This document shows positions 35,837-44,010 of a DNA stretch of 57,321 nucleotides, piece after piece. The number at the start of each line of letters is the position of its first letter. The stretch's first letter is position 1. The notes under the pieces were generated by a model. It was not told the DNA's origin and searched no databases. It was given only the letters and a program-made list of their open reading frames with translations. Where the stretch lies: positions 1-57,321 of IMG/VR virus record IMGVR_UViG_3300044723_001057; one strand, given 5' to 3'. The position numbers were made by a program, and so were the translations under genes. The DNA comes from a virus. Its lineage: Duplodnaviria > Caudoviricetes.

Positions 35837-36029
35837 GTTTTACAGTGATGAAGATTGCAGTCGTGGGCTTGGTGCATACCGAAAAGCGACTGTCTTTCTT
35901 GAGCCTGACGGTAGCTATACTGTATACATGATTCAGGATGGCGAGGTCAAAGAAGAACGTAACATAACAGGACACAGTGAGGTGTATGCCGAAAACTGTG
36001 CAGAGAACTGGGTATTAGGAGTGATATAA
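35823..36029 (+). CDS. Hypothetical protein
   Basis: 68 aa from ATG 35823; ends HSEVYAENCAENWVLGVI. Confidence 0.65.
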   Translation: MLLHEFYSDEDCSRGLGAYRKATVFLEPDGSYTVYMIQDGEVKEERNITGHSEVYAENCAENWVLGVI

Positions 36030-36280
36030 TGAGCAACACAATTAAACTTGAACTGACTAGCTTTCATACGAAGGAAAAGATTTACCTTGTAGGTAGTGAC
36101 TGGTATGTCTCAACCTTAGTGCAGGACAAAAAGGAACGTACCATTGTCCAGAATGGTATGTCTAACAATGGTGGATTTCATGTCACAGAATCATATGAAG
36201 AAATAAAAGATATGATTCTTAGACAAACAGAATATAAACCATTGACAAGAGGCAAAGGATATTATATTAACAATGCTTAG
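36029..36280 (+). CDS. Hypothetical protein
   Basis: 83 aa; NNGGFHVTESYEEI; AGGAG RBS. Confidence 0.7.
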   Translation: MSNTIKLELTSFHTKEKIYLVGSDWYVSTLVQDKKERTIVQNGMSNNGGFHVTESYEEIKDMILRQTEYKPLTRGKGYYINNA

Positions 36281-36566
36281 ACATGAAGCCTATATGAAAC
36301 AGAAAGAAAAGGAGTTGAACATGACGAAGGGGATTCCAACAGAGCAACGTAAGAAACTGCTTGATGCTCACAACAAACTGAAAAGAATTGTTAGCATGAT
36401 ACAGGAAACGTCAGACCTTTACTTGTCTGACGTAAGAGAACTTGAAAATATTCAACATATGTTGTGTAAAGAATTTAAGTTTACTGTACCACAAGATGAA
36501 GAAGGTAATCGTATGTACTATGCTGATTGGGTATTTGAGGAGGACGTAAATGACAAAGACATTTAA
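36273..36566 (+). CDS. Hypothetical protein
   Basis: 97 aa; alternative internal start after AAGGAG. Confidence 0.6.
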   Translation: MLRHEAYMKQKEKELNMTKGIPTEQRKKLLDAHNKLKRIVSMIQETSDLYLSDVRELENIQHMLCKEFKFTVPQDEEGNRMYYADWVFEEDVNDKDI

Positions 36567-36774
36567 TTACACTGACCATTCGGAGGTTCCAGATGTTGAG
36601 TTACAGCTTGTTGAAGATTGTGCTGATTGTTCTGCTGATATGCTGGATATACAGGAAATAAATGAGTTCCTGACTGAGTATCACAACCACTTCCATGACG
36701 AAGGACAACCCTCTTGGGAACAAGAGTGGGAAGACTTTGGCGAAGTGTATGATGACGAACCTGCCTACATATAG
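36550..36774 (+). CDS. Highly acidic small protein
   Basis: 74 aa; GQPSWEQEWEDFGEVYDDE; GAGGAGG RBS. Confidence 0.7.
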   Translation: MTKTFNYTDHSEVPDVELQLVEDCADCSADMLDIQEINEFLTEYHNHFHDEGQPSWEQEWEDFGEVYDDEPAYI

Positions 36775-36788
36775 AAAGGAGTTTAGGT

Positions 36789-36974
36789 ATGCAAAACTTG
36801 TGGGAAAAAGATAAGAAGCGTCTGTTCAGAGAACTATACCAGCAGTATCTGGATGAGGGCTATGATTCTAAAGAGGCTAAGAAACTAGCCTCTGAGGAAG
36901 CAGACGAAATCTATTCTGATAGTGAAGGCTTTGCCTTTAACCTAGCAAGTATGGAAGATAGAGATGACACCTGA
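36789..36974 (+). CDS. Small acidic protein
   Basis: 61 aa; YLDEGYDSKEAKKLA; AAGGAG RBS. Confidence 0.7.
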   Translation: MQNLWEKDKKRLFRELYQQYLDEGYDSKEAKKLASEEADEIYSDSEGFAFNLASMEDRDDT

Positions 36975-37185
36975 GATTGTAGAAGAATACTCAGGTACTG
37001 AGGGTAGGGAAGCTACCATATCTATTATAAGTGAGAAGCTTAGTATGTGGAGATACACATATGAAATCTTACTAGCTAAAGATGGTAAGATTGTAGGCAA
37101 ACACGTCACTGAATTTATGGACTATGCCCGACTAATTGCAAACCGTTGGATAACAAAAGGAGAACTTACAGATGGAACTAAATGA
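36964..37185 (+). CDS. Hypothetical protein
   Basis: 73 aa overlapping its neighbours. Confidence 0.6.
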   Translation: MTPEIVEEYSGTEGREATISIISEKLSMWRYTYEILLAKDGKIVGKHVTEFMDYARLIANRWITKGELTDGTK

Positions 37186-37501
37186 TTACCAAAACCTAGC
37201 TATGAAAACTGCCATCTTTCCAGAGCGTGATGGGTATGCATACACAGCCCTTGGCCTTGCAGGTGAGGCAGGTGAGATTGCAAACAAGGTTAAGAAGTTT
37301 ATCCGCGATGGGTATTCACAAGAAGAATTACCTGAGAAAATCAACGACTTACGAGATGAACTTGGTGATGTCTTGTGGTATGTCGCAGCAATGGCACAAG
37401 TGTTGGATATAACACTAGAACAGGTTGCAAGAAATAATATTCACAAGCTTGCTGAACGTCAGGTCAAGGGAACCTTGGGTGGTTCTGGTGATAAGAGATG
37501 A
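37172..37501 (+). CDS. mazG: MazG-like nucleotide pyrophosphohydrolase
   Basis: LGLAGEAGEIANKVKK...DELGDVLWY...N..KL..R...GSGDKR. Confidence 0.9.
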   Translation: MELNDYQNLAMKTAIFPERDGYAYTALGLAGEAGEIANKVKKFIRDGYSQEELPEKINDLRDELGDVLWYVAAMAQVLDITLEQVARNNIHKLAERQVKGTLGGSGDKR

Positions 37502-37686
37502 AACAGATAAAGCTTGAAATATCAGGCAAGCATCCTTATAACTTTGAAACAACTGATGATGCATCTGAATGGATACAGGACAGGGCTAGACTTGCCAGAG
37601 CCATTGGCTTTGAGACAAAGCAGACTGACCGTATGCTGTATGTCCTTGACAAAGGAGAGGTGCTTGCCTTATACTATTACCGTTAA
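37498..37686 (+). CDS. Hypothetical protein
   Basis: 62 aa; ATGA overlap with mazG. Confidence 0.6.
   Translation: MKQIKLEISGKHPYNFETTDDASEWIQDRARLARAIGFETKQTDRMLYVLDKGEVLALYYYR
37646..37675 (+). promoter_or_regulatory. Sigma70-like promoter for primase/polymerase
   Basis: TTGACA-18 nt-TATACT. Confidence 0.5.
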
Positions 37687-37701
37687 TCAGAAGGAGATGT
37701 C

Positions 37702-39378
37702 ATGCAAATGGATTACCAGCAATCAAAAGAGATAGGCCGTGGAGAGTGTACTTCCTGCGGCTCATCTGATGCCAACATACTTTATGACGATGGTCATAAG
37801 TATTGTTTCTCATGTAATACATACACAAAGAAAGGGGATGACCATATGCAAAATGCAGAACCAATTAGACCAGCACCTATTCAAGGTGTAGTACAAACTC
37901 ACTTCTCTACTGGTGAGTTGACCGCCCTGACTGACCGTTCAATCAGTCAGGAAACCTGTAGGTTCTTTGGTGTACAATCACAGCGTGATGCTAGTGGTAA
38001 TATTACTAAACACATCTACCCCTATCACGATGCCTCTGGCTCACACGTTGCTAACAAGGTTCGCCATGTAGCAACCAAGGGCTTCAATGCAGAGGGTCAA
38101 CTAGCATCAGGTACTCTGTTTGGTCAGAAGAACTTCCAGCAAGCTGGTAAGTTTATCACCTTGTGTGAGGGTGAACTGGATGCAATGGCGGCATACGAAC
38201 TGATGGGTTCTAAGTGGCCTTCAGTTTCCATCAAGAATGGTGCGGCCTCTGCACTCAAAGATGTCAAGGCAAACTATGATTATCTCAATCAGTTTGAAAC
38301 AATTGTTATTTGTTTTGACAATGACGAACATGGTAAGAAAGCCGCCAACGCAGTTGCTCAACTCTTTGAACCTAACCGTTGTAAGATTATGGACATGGAG
38401 TACAAGGATGCCAATGAGTATCTAAAGTTCAACAAGCGTGAAGAGTTCAATCGTGCATGGTGGAATGCTAGACAGTATACACCTGCAGGTATCTTCAACC
38501 TTGCTGACATCACTGAGCGTATGTATGCTGAGAACAATAAGGAAACAGTATTGTATCCTTATGTTGGCCTCAATGAGAAGCTGTTCGGTATGCGTACTGG
38601 TGAGTTAGTTACACTAACTGCAGGTACTGGTGCAGGTAAGTCAAGCCTGATGCGTGAACTTATGCATCACTTGCTTACACAGACACAACACAATGTCGGT
38701 GTCTTTTCCCTTGAGGAAAACATTACACAGACTGCATTCCATCTAATGTCTGTTGAAGCTAATGACCGTATCTACATTGACGAGATTCGTCAGAACTACA
38801 CAATGGAACAACTCAAAGCTATTGAGGACAAGACCATTGGTACACGTAGGTTCTTTGCTTTTGACCACTTTGGGTCAATGACTACTGACGAAATACTTAG
38901 CCGTGTACGTTACATGGTCAAGGCACTTGACTGTAAGTTCATTCTGATTGACCACCTATCCATCCTTGTCTCTGGCTTGGACGGTGCAGATGAACGCCGC
39001 AACATTGACCAGCTTATGACTAAGCTTCGCAGTCTTGTTGAGGAAACACAGTGCGCTATGTTACTTGTGTCTCACTTGCGTAGGGCATCAGGTGACAAGG
39101 GACAGGAAGAAGGTAAAGAGATTTCTCTTAACCATCTACGTGGCTCACATAGCATTGCACAGATTTCAGATGCAGTCATTGCACTTGAACGTGACCAGCA
39201 AGCAAAGGATGTTACACAAGCCAACACCACCACAGTACGTGTTCTAAAGAATCGCTATGCTGGTGAGACAGGTGTCGCAACCTACTTGCTTTATGATAAG
39301 AAAACTGGTAGGATGTCTGAAATTGACAACCCATTTGAAACAGTTGATGACGAAACAGATATGGAGGATTTCCTTTGA
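37702..39378 (+). CDS. T7 gp4-like DNA primase-helicase
   Basis: Zn finger CTSC...CFSC; TOPRIM CEGELDA and FDND; Walker A AGTGAGKS; IDHL, LRGS and KNRY motifs. Confidence 0.93.
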   Translation: MQMDYQQSKEIGRGECTSCGSSDANILYDDGHKYCFSCNTYTKKGDDHMQNAEPIRPAPIQGVVQTHFSTGELTALTDRSISQETCRFFGVQSQRDASGNITKHIYPYHDASGSHVANKVRHVATKGFNAEGQLASGTLFGQKNFQQAGKFITLCEGELDAMAAYELMGSKWPSVSIKNGAASALKDVKANYDYLNQFETIVICFDNDEHGKKAANAVAQLFEPNRCKIMDMEYKDANEYLKFNKREEFNRAWWNARQYTPAGIFNLADITERMYAENNKETVLYPYVGLNEKLFGMRTGELVTLTAGTGAGKSSLMRELMHHLLTQTQHNVGVFSLEENITQTAFHLMSVEANDRIYIDEIRQNYTMEQLKAIEDKTIGTRRFFAFDHFGSMTTDEILSRVRYMVKALDCKFILIDHLSILVSGLDGADERRNIDQLMTKLRSLVEETQCAMLLVSHLRRASGDKGQEEGKEISLNHLRGSHSIAQISDAVIALERDQQAKDVTQANTTTVRVLKNRYAGETGVATYLLYDKKTGRMSEIDNPFETVDDETDMEDFL

Positions 39379-41021
39379 GAGTAGCACTAGACATTGAGAC
39401 AGATGACATTGACGCTACGGTAATACATTGTATTGTCGCAGAGGATTTGGACACTGGCAATGTCAAGAAGTGGTATGGGGAAAGCATCAAAGATTTTGCA
39501 CCTTGGTCTGAACAAGTAGAAATATTTGTCATGCACAATGGCATATCTTTTGATGCCCCTGTACTCAACAGGTTGACAGGAAGCAACATACCTTTACGAA
39601 AGGTGAGGGACACGCTTATCCTGTCTCAGCTTCTTGACCCATCCTTAGAAGGTGGACACTCACTAGCCGCATGGGGTGAGCGTTTAGGCTTTCCTAAGAT
39701 GGACTACAAAGACTTCTCTTCTTTTAATGAAGAGATGCTAACTTATTGTGTCAATGATGTTAAGCTTACAGTTAAACTGTATAAACATCTTGTACCTAAT
39801 CTAAAGAAATATTCTAAGAAGAGTATAGAATTAGAACATCAGGTACGAGCAATTGTTGACAGACAGGAACGTAATGGTTTCAAGCTTAATATACCTGAAG
39901 CATCTTGCCTAGTTGCAAGGCTCACAGAACAGGCTGTAACCATTGAACAGGAGATGCAGAGTATCTTCCCACCTATTGTTACTGAACGCTACTCAGAGAA
40001 GACTGGTAAGCGATTAAAGGACAATGTAGAAGTATTCAACCCTGCATCTAGGCAACAGATAGGCAAGCGTCTCATGGAGAAAGGCTGGAAGCCTACTAAC
40101 TTTACACCTACTGGTCATCCTATTGTGGATGAAGGTACGTTGAAGGATGTAGACATTCCAGAGGCTCAGAAGATTGCACACTATCTGCTGTTGCAGAAAA
40201 GAGTTTCACAAGTCCAATCTTGGTTGGACGTAGTGAAGGATGATGGTAAGGTTCATGGTAGAGTTATTACCTTGAAAGCCATCAGCGGAAGAATGGCACA
40301 CAATTCACCTAACATGGCGCAAGTACCTGCCGTGTATTCTCCCTTCGGTAAGGAGTGTCGTGCAGTGTGGATACCTAGTGACAGCCGTTACAAGTTACTA
40401 GGATGTGATGCTAGTTCTTTGGAACTAAGATGTCTTGCTCACTACATGGGCGATAACAACTTCACTAATGAGGTTGTTAGTGGTGACATCCATACAGCTA
40501 ACCAAAAGGCCGCAGGTCTACCTACTAGAGATGACGCAAAGACGTTCATCTACGCACTCATTTATGGTGCAGGTCCTGCTAAGATTGGTAGCATTGTAGG
40601 TGGTGGTTCCAAAGAAGGTAAGGCCATCATGGACAAGTTTATGGCTAACCTACCTGCCTTGAAATCTTTGCGTGATAAGATTGACAGGGCAGCTAGTAAT
40701 GGTTATATACGTGGCCTAGATGGTAGGCTCCTAAAGGTTAGGCAACAACACGCCGCCGCAAACTTACTATTGCAAGGAGCAGGTGCAATCATATGTAAAG
40801 AATGGTTACGCCAGATAACGCTTATGACGCAACGAGATTACAACTACAATCTTGTTGCGTCTATACATGACGAATATCAGTTTGAGGTACAGGCTGACCA
40901 AGCAGAAAGCTTTGGCAAGCTAACTCAGGCCGCTATGAAGCGTGTAGAAAAAGAACTAAGTGTTCAGTGTCCACTTGACAGTGAATACAAGATAGGTCAT
41001 AACTGGTCTGAAACTCACTAG
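39375..41021 (+). CDS. polA: Family A DNA polymerase (T7-like, Tyr at the 762-equivalent site)
   Basis: Exo I DIETD and HNGISFD; motif A DASSLELR; motif B RDDAKTFIYALIYG; motif C IHDE; TTG start with GGAGG RBS. Confidence 0.93.
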   Translation: MRVALDIETDDIDATVIHCIVAEDLDTGNVKKWYGESIKDFAPWSEQVEIFVMHNGISFDAPVLNRLTGSNIPLRKVRDTLILSQLLDPSLEGGHSLAAWGERLGFPKMDYKDFSSFNEEMLTYCVNDVKLTVKLYKHLVPNLKKYSKKSIELEHQVRAIVDRQERNGFKLNIPEASCLVARLTEQAVTIEQEMQSIFPPIVTERYSEKTGKRLKDNVEVFNPASRQQIGKRLMEKGWKPTNFTPTGHPIVDEGTLKDVDIPEAQKIAHYLLLQKRVSQVQSWLDVVKDDGKVHGRVITLKAISGRMAHNSPNMAQVPAVYSPFGKECRAVWIPSDSRYKLLGCDASSLELRCLAHYMGDNNFTNEVVSGDIHTANQKAAGLPTRDDAKTFIYALIYGAGPAKIGSIVGGGSKEGKAIMDKFMANLPALKSLRDKIDRAASNGYIRGLDGRLLKVRQQHAAANLLLQGAGAIICKEWLRQITLMTQRDYNYNLVASIHDEYQFEVQADQAESFGKLTQAAMKRVEKELSVQCPLDSEYKIGHNWSETH

Positions 41022-41034
41022 AAAGGAGACAACA

Positions 41035-41463
41035 ATGCAAAACTTAGAACCTTCTAAAGATAACCGTAAGAAGTTTGATTTAGATTTAGAATATGGTAAG
41101 GTGCGAGAGCAAGCCGTTGCAGATATGCTTCAAGACAAAAAGATTGAAGTTAAATCTGAACGTGATGTCTGGCAACACACTGGTAACATTGCGATTGAAT
41201 ACGAATCATATGGTAAACCAAGTGGCATTGCGGCGACTGAATCAGATTACTGGTTCCATAACCTATGCATAGGTGACGACATCTTTGCTACTCTTGTCTT
41301 CCATACAGACAGTCTTAAACGTATCATAGATAATCTTGATTACAAACGGTCTGTCTCAGGTGGTGACCACAATGCATCTAAGATGTACTTGTTAAACCTA
41401 CAAAAACTTTTTTCATCAGATGTGATAAAAGCTTACAAAAAAGTTGTTGACACTGCCGCTTAG
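41035..41463 (+). CDS. PD-(D/E)XK-like hypothetical protein
   Basis: IEVKSE...TGNIAIEY...PSGIAATESDYW. Confidence 0.55.
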   Translation: MQNLEPSKDNRKKFDLDLEYGKVREQAVADMLQDKKIEVKSERDVWQHTGNIAIEYESYGKPSGIAATESDYWFHNLCIGDDIFATLVFHTDSLKRIIDNLDYKRSVSGGDHNASKMYLLNLQKLFSSDVIKAYKKVVDTAA

Positions 41464-41475
41464 TGGTGTCATAAT
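41447..41475 (+). promoter_or_regulatory. Sigma70-like promoter for ssb
   Basis: TTGACA-17 nt-CATAAT. Confidence 0.6.
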
Positions 41476-41530
41476 ACACTCATTCATTAACGAAAGCGGC
41501 AAAGACCGCACAGAAGAAAGGAGCATTATT

Positions 41531-42007
41531 ATGCCAGTATTATCAGGAAAGTCCCATTGGGCAACTATCTCAGCACCTAACACAACTTATGAGCCAGTGT
41601 ACTCTATTGACTTAGCTATCAATGGTGCAGAGTTGGACAAGGCTAAGAACCTTGGTTTGATTATCAAGAATAAAGGCGATGACCGTGGTGACTTTGTTAC
41701 CATCAAGCGTAAGCAATATCGCCGTGATGGTTCTGAGAATACCAAACCTGCATTGAAAGATGCACAGAAGCGTGACATGGGTAACACACTCATTGGCAAT
41801 GGTTCGGATGTGAACGTACTGTTCAAGACTTATGAGTGGGAATACGCTGGTAAGTCAGGTGTAGGTACAGACCTGCAAGCAGTACAGGTTGTGAACCTTG
41901 TGCCTTACGGTGACGCTGAAGACTTTGATGTTGTACCAAGTGGGTATACTGCCTCAGAAGATGCTTTCTCTGATGACATCCCCTTCGGCACTTCTGTAGC
42001 TTCATAG
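41531..42007 (+). CDS. ssb: Single-stranded DNA-binding protein (T7 gp2.5-like)
   Basis: 158 aa from ATG 41531 (AAGGAG RBS); IGNGSDVNV, LQAVQVVNLVPY; acidic DDIPF tail. Confidence 0.75.
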   Translation: MPVLSGKSHWATISAPNTTYEPVYSIDLAINGAELDKAKNLGLIIKNKGDDRGDFVTIKRKQYRRDGSENTKPALKDAQKRDMGNTLIGNGSDVNVLFKTYEWEYAGKSGVGTDLQAVQVVNLVPYGDAEDFDVVPSGYTASEDAFSDDIPFGTSVAS

Positions 42008-42115
42008 AGGTATAACATCAACAAGGGTGCGACATATAGTGTGATATGGTCGTGGGCTGACTAGCGTAGGGTTGGGTACGTCAGCATCTTTTAAACAAAC
42101 AGAAAGGGGTATGTT

Positions 42116-42337
42116 ATGTCAGACGATATGGTAGACCATCCCCCTCACTACAACCAGTCAGGCATTGAATGTATTGACGCAATCAAAGCCGCACTAGGTG
42201 ACGAGGGATTTGAATACTATTTACAAGGTAACATAATGAAATACCTTTGGAGATACAGATACAAGAATGGCATAGAAGATTTGAAGAAAGCCAACTGGTA
42301 TTTAGATAAACTACAACAAGAAACATTTAATCCATAG
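42116..42337 (+). CDS. DUF3310 protein (T7 gp1.7-like nucleotide kinase family)
   Basis: DMVDHPPHY...IECID...GNIMKYLWRY..KNGIEDLKKA.WYL. Confidence 0.85.
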   Translation: MSDDMVDHPPHYNQSGIECIDAIKAALGDEGFEYYLQGNIMKYLWRYRYKNGIEDLKKANWYLDKLQQETFNP

Positions 42338-42348
42338 AAAGGAGTTAC

Positions 42349-43218
42349 ATGATGGCTGATATTAAAACACTAATACCTGACATCTATCAGATGCTGGAAG
42401 ACGGTGTTGACGTAAGCACAATGCGTAACCGTGAGGCTATGGAAAAGTTTTCCAAGAACATCTGGCAGAGCCTTGCACGTCAGTTAAAAGAAGGAACCAA
42501 ACGCCGTGAGGCAGGTGGTGGTCTTCGTATGTCACAGATTGGCAAGCCTGACAGACAACTGTGGTATGACTACCGTGGTGTAACAGAGCCGCGTCCAATA
42601 GATGGACAGACTAAACTAAAGTTTATGTTTGGAGATATCCTAGAGGCTCTACTTATTCTGGTTACTGAGTTGTCTGGACATGAAGTGTCTGACGAACAGG
42701 GCGAGGTAGAAATCAACGGCGTTAAAGGACATCAGGATTGTCGTATTGACGGTGTACTTACTGACATCAAGTCAGCATCACCTTATGCTTTCAAGAAGTT
42801 TAAGGAAGGTACACTACATAGTGATGACCCATTCGGTTACATTGCACAAATCTCTGGCTATGCAGAAGCAGGTAAGGATAAGGCGGCGGCATTCTTTGCC
42901 ATAGACAAATCCTCTGCTGAGTTAGCTTTGATGGATGTGGAATCTGTACACATGATTAGTGCATCAGACCGCATCAACAAAGTTAAATCATTCCTGCAAT
43001 CAGAGACACCACCTGAACGCTGTTACCCAGATGAACCTGATGGTAAGTCAGGTAATAGGAAGCTGGCTGTAGGCTGTATCTTCTGTCCATTCAATGAGGA
43101 ATGCTGGAAGGATGCCAATGGTGGAGCAGGTCTAAGAAAGTTCCAGTACTCTAATGGAGTACGCTATCTAACACAGGTGGCTAAAGCACCTGACGTACCA
43201 GAGGTAACCAATGCCTAG
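42349..43218 (+). CDS. PD-(D/E)XK (Cas4/RecB-like) exonuclease
   Basis: LRMSQIGK, GHQD...DIKS, YIAQ..GY, C-terminal CIFC....C. Confidence 0.75.
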   Translation: MMADIKTLIPDIYQMLEDGVDVSTMRNREAMEKFSKNIWQSLARQLKEGTKRREAGGGLRMSQIGKPDRQLWYDYRGVTEPRPIDGQTKLKFMFGDILEALLILVTELSGHEVSDEQGEVEINGVKGHQDCRIDGVLTDIKSASPYAFKKFKEGTLHSDDPFGYIAQISGYAEAGKDKAAAFFAIDKSSAELALMDVESVHMISASDRINKVKSFLQSETPPERCYPDEPDGKSGNRKLAVGCIFCPFNEECWKDANGGAGLRKFQYSNGVRYLTQVAKAPDVPEVTNA

Positions 43219-43639
43219 AGCAAAGAAACCAAGAGTACCAAAGCAGCATCAGTACAGGTCTAACTCTGAACTGAACACTGCTTTCGTACTGACTAAATAT
43301 AATATTGAATTTAAGTATGAACCTTACCCAATACCATACGAGTGGAGGGAGGACAAGAAATACATACCTGACTTTATACTTCCTAATGGAATAGTGCTAG
43401 AGGTAAAGGGAAGGTTCATGCTTGAAGACAGAAAGAAACATTTGTTTCTGCGTGACCAACATCCTGATGTGGATATTCGGTTTGTCTTTGATAACCCTTA
43501 TAGGAAACTGTACAAGGGTGGCAAGATGACATATGCAGATTGGTGTGATAAGTACAACTTTAAATACTGCAAAGGTGGAGAAGGTATCCCACAGGAATGG
43601 TTTAAGAAGAATGCAAAAAGAAGACATAGTTCTAATTGA
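43211..43639 (+). CDS. T7 gp3-like endonuclease I (Holliday junction resolvase)
   Basis: YRSNSE...YIPDF...EVKGRF...DIRFVF...TYADWC. Confidence 0.88.
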   Translation: MPRAKKPRVPKQHQYRSNSELNTAFVLTKYNIEFKYEPYPIPYEWREDKKYIPDFILPNGIVLEVKGRFMLEDRKKHLFLRDQHPDVDIRFVFDNPYRKLYKGGKMTYADWCDKYNFKYCKGGEGIPQEWFKKNAKRRHSSN

Positions 43640-43940
43640 TATAGAATTAAATGTCCCTAAGACACCTGAGAAGGCTTTGTTTATGACAGTAATCCTACAA
43701 GCTTTACTGGACGCGACAAAGCCTTCTTATGAAGGGGAACCTGATACGGCTGTACTTGAAAGAGACAGGGCTGTAGCATGGTTCTTTGCGTCTGTAGGGG
43801 TGACTGCTGATGACTTCAATACTGTCTGCGACTACGCAGGTATTGACCCTCAATACATGAGAGACTTTGCATTCAAGGTTCTTAAATCAGGAGAGGTGGA
43901 CTATGTTCGTAAAAGAATTAATGCAGTTTTAGGCCATTAG
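43611..43940 (+). CDS. Hypothetical protein
   Basis: PEKALFMTVILQALLDA...A.AWF...DF..VCDYAGIDP; start uncertain. Confidence 0.65.
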   Translation: MQKEDIVLIDIELNVPKTPEKALFMTVILQALLDATKPSYEGEPDTAVLERDRAVAWFFASVGVTADDFNTVCDYAGIDPQYMRDFAFKVLKSGEVDYVRKRINAVLGH

Positions 43941-43944
43941 ATTA

Positions 43945-43973
43945 TTGTACTTGTACCCTATTTGTGGTACACT
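43945..43973 (+). promoter_or_regulatory. Sigma70-like promoter for nrdJ
   Basis: TTGTAC-17 nt-TACACT with TG extension. Confidence 0.55.
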
Positions 43974-44010
43974 TGATTCTTATTCACTGTTAAAAATGGA
44001 AGGGGATTTT

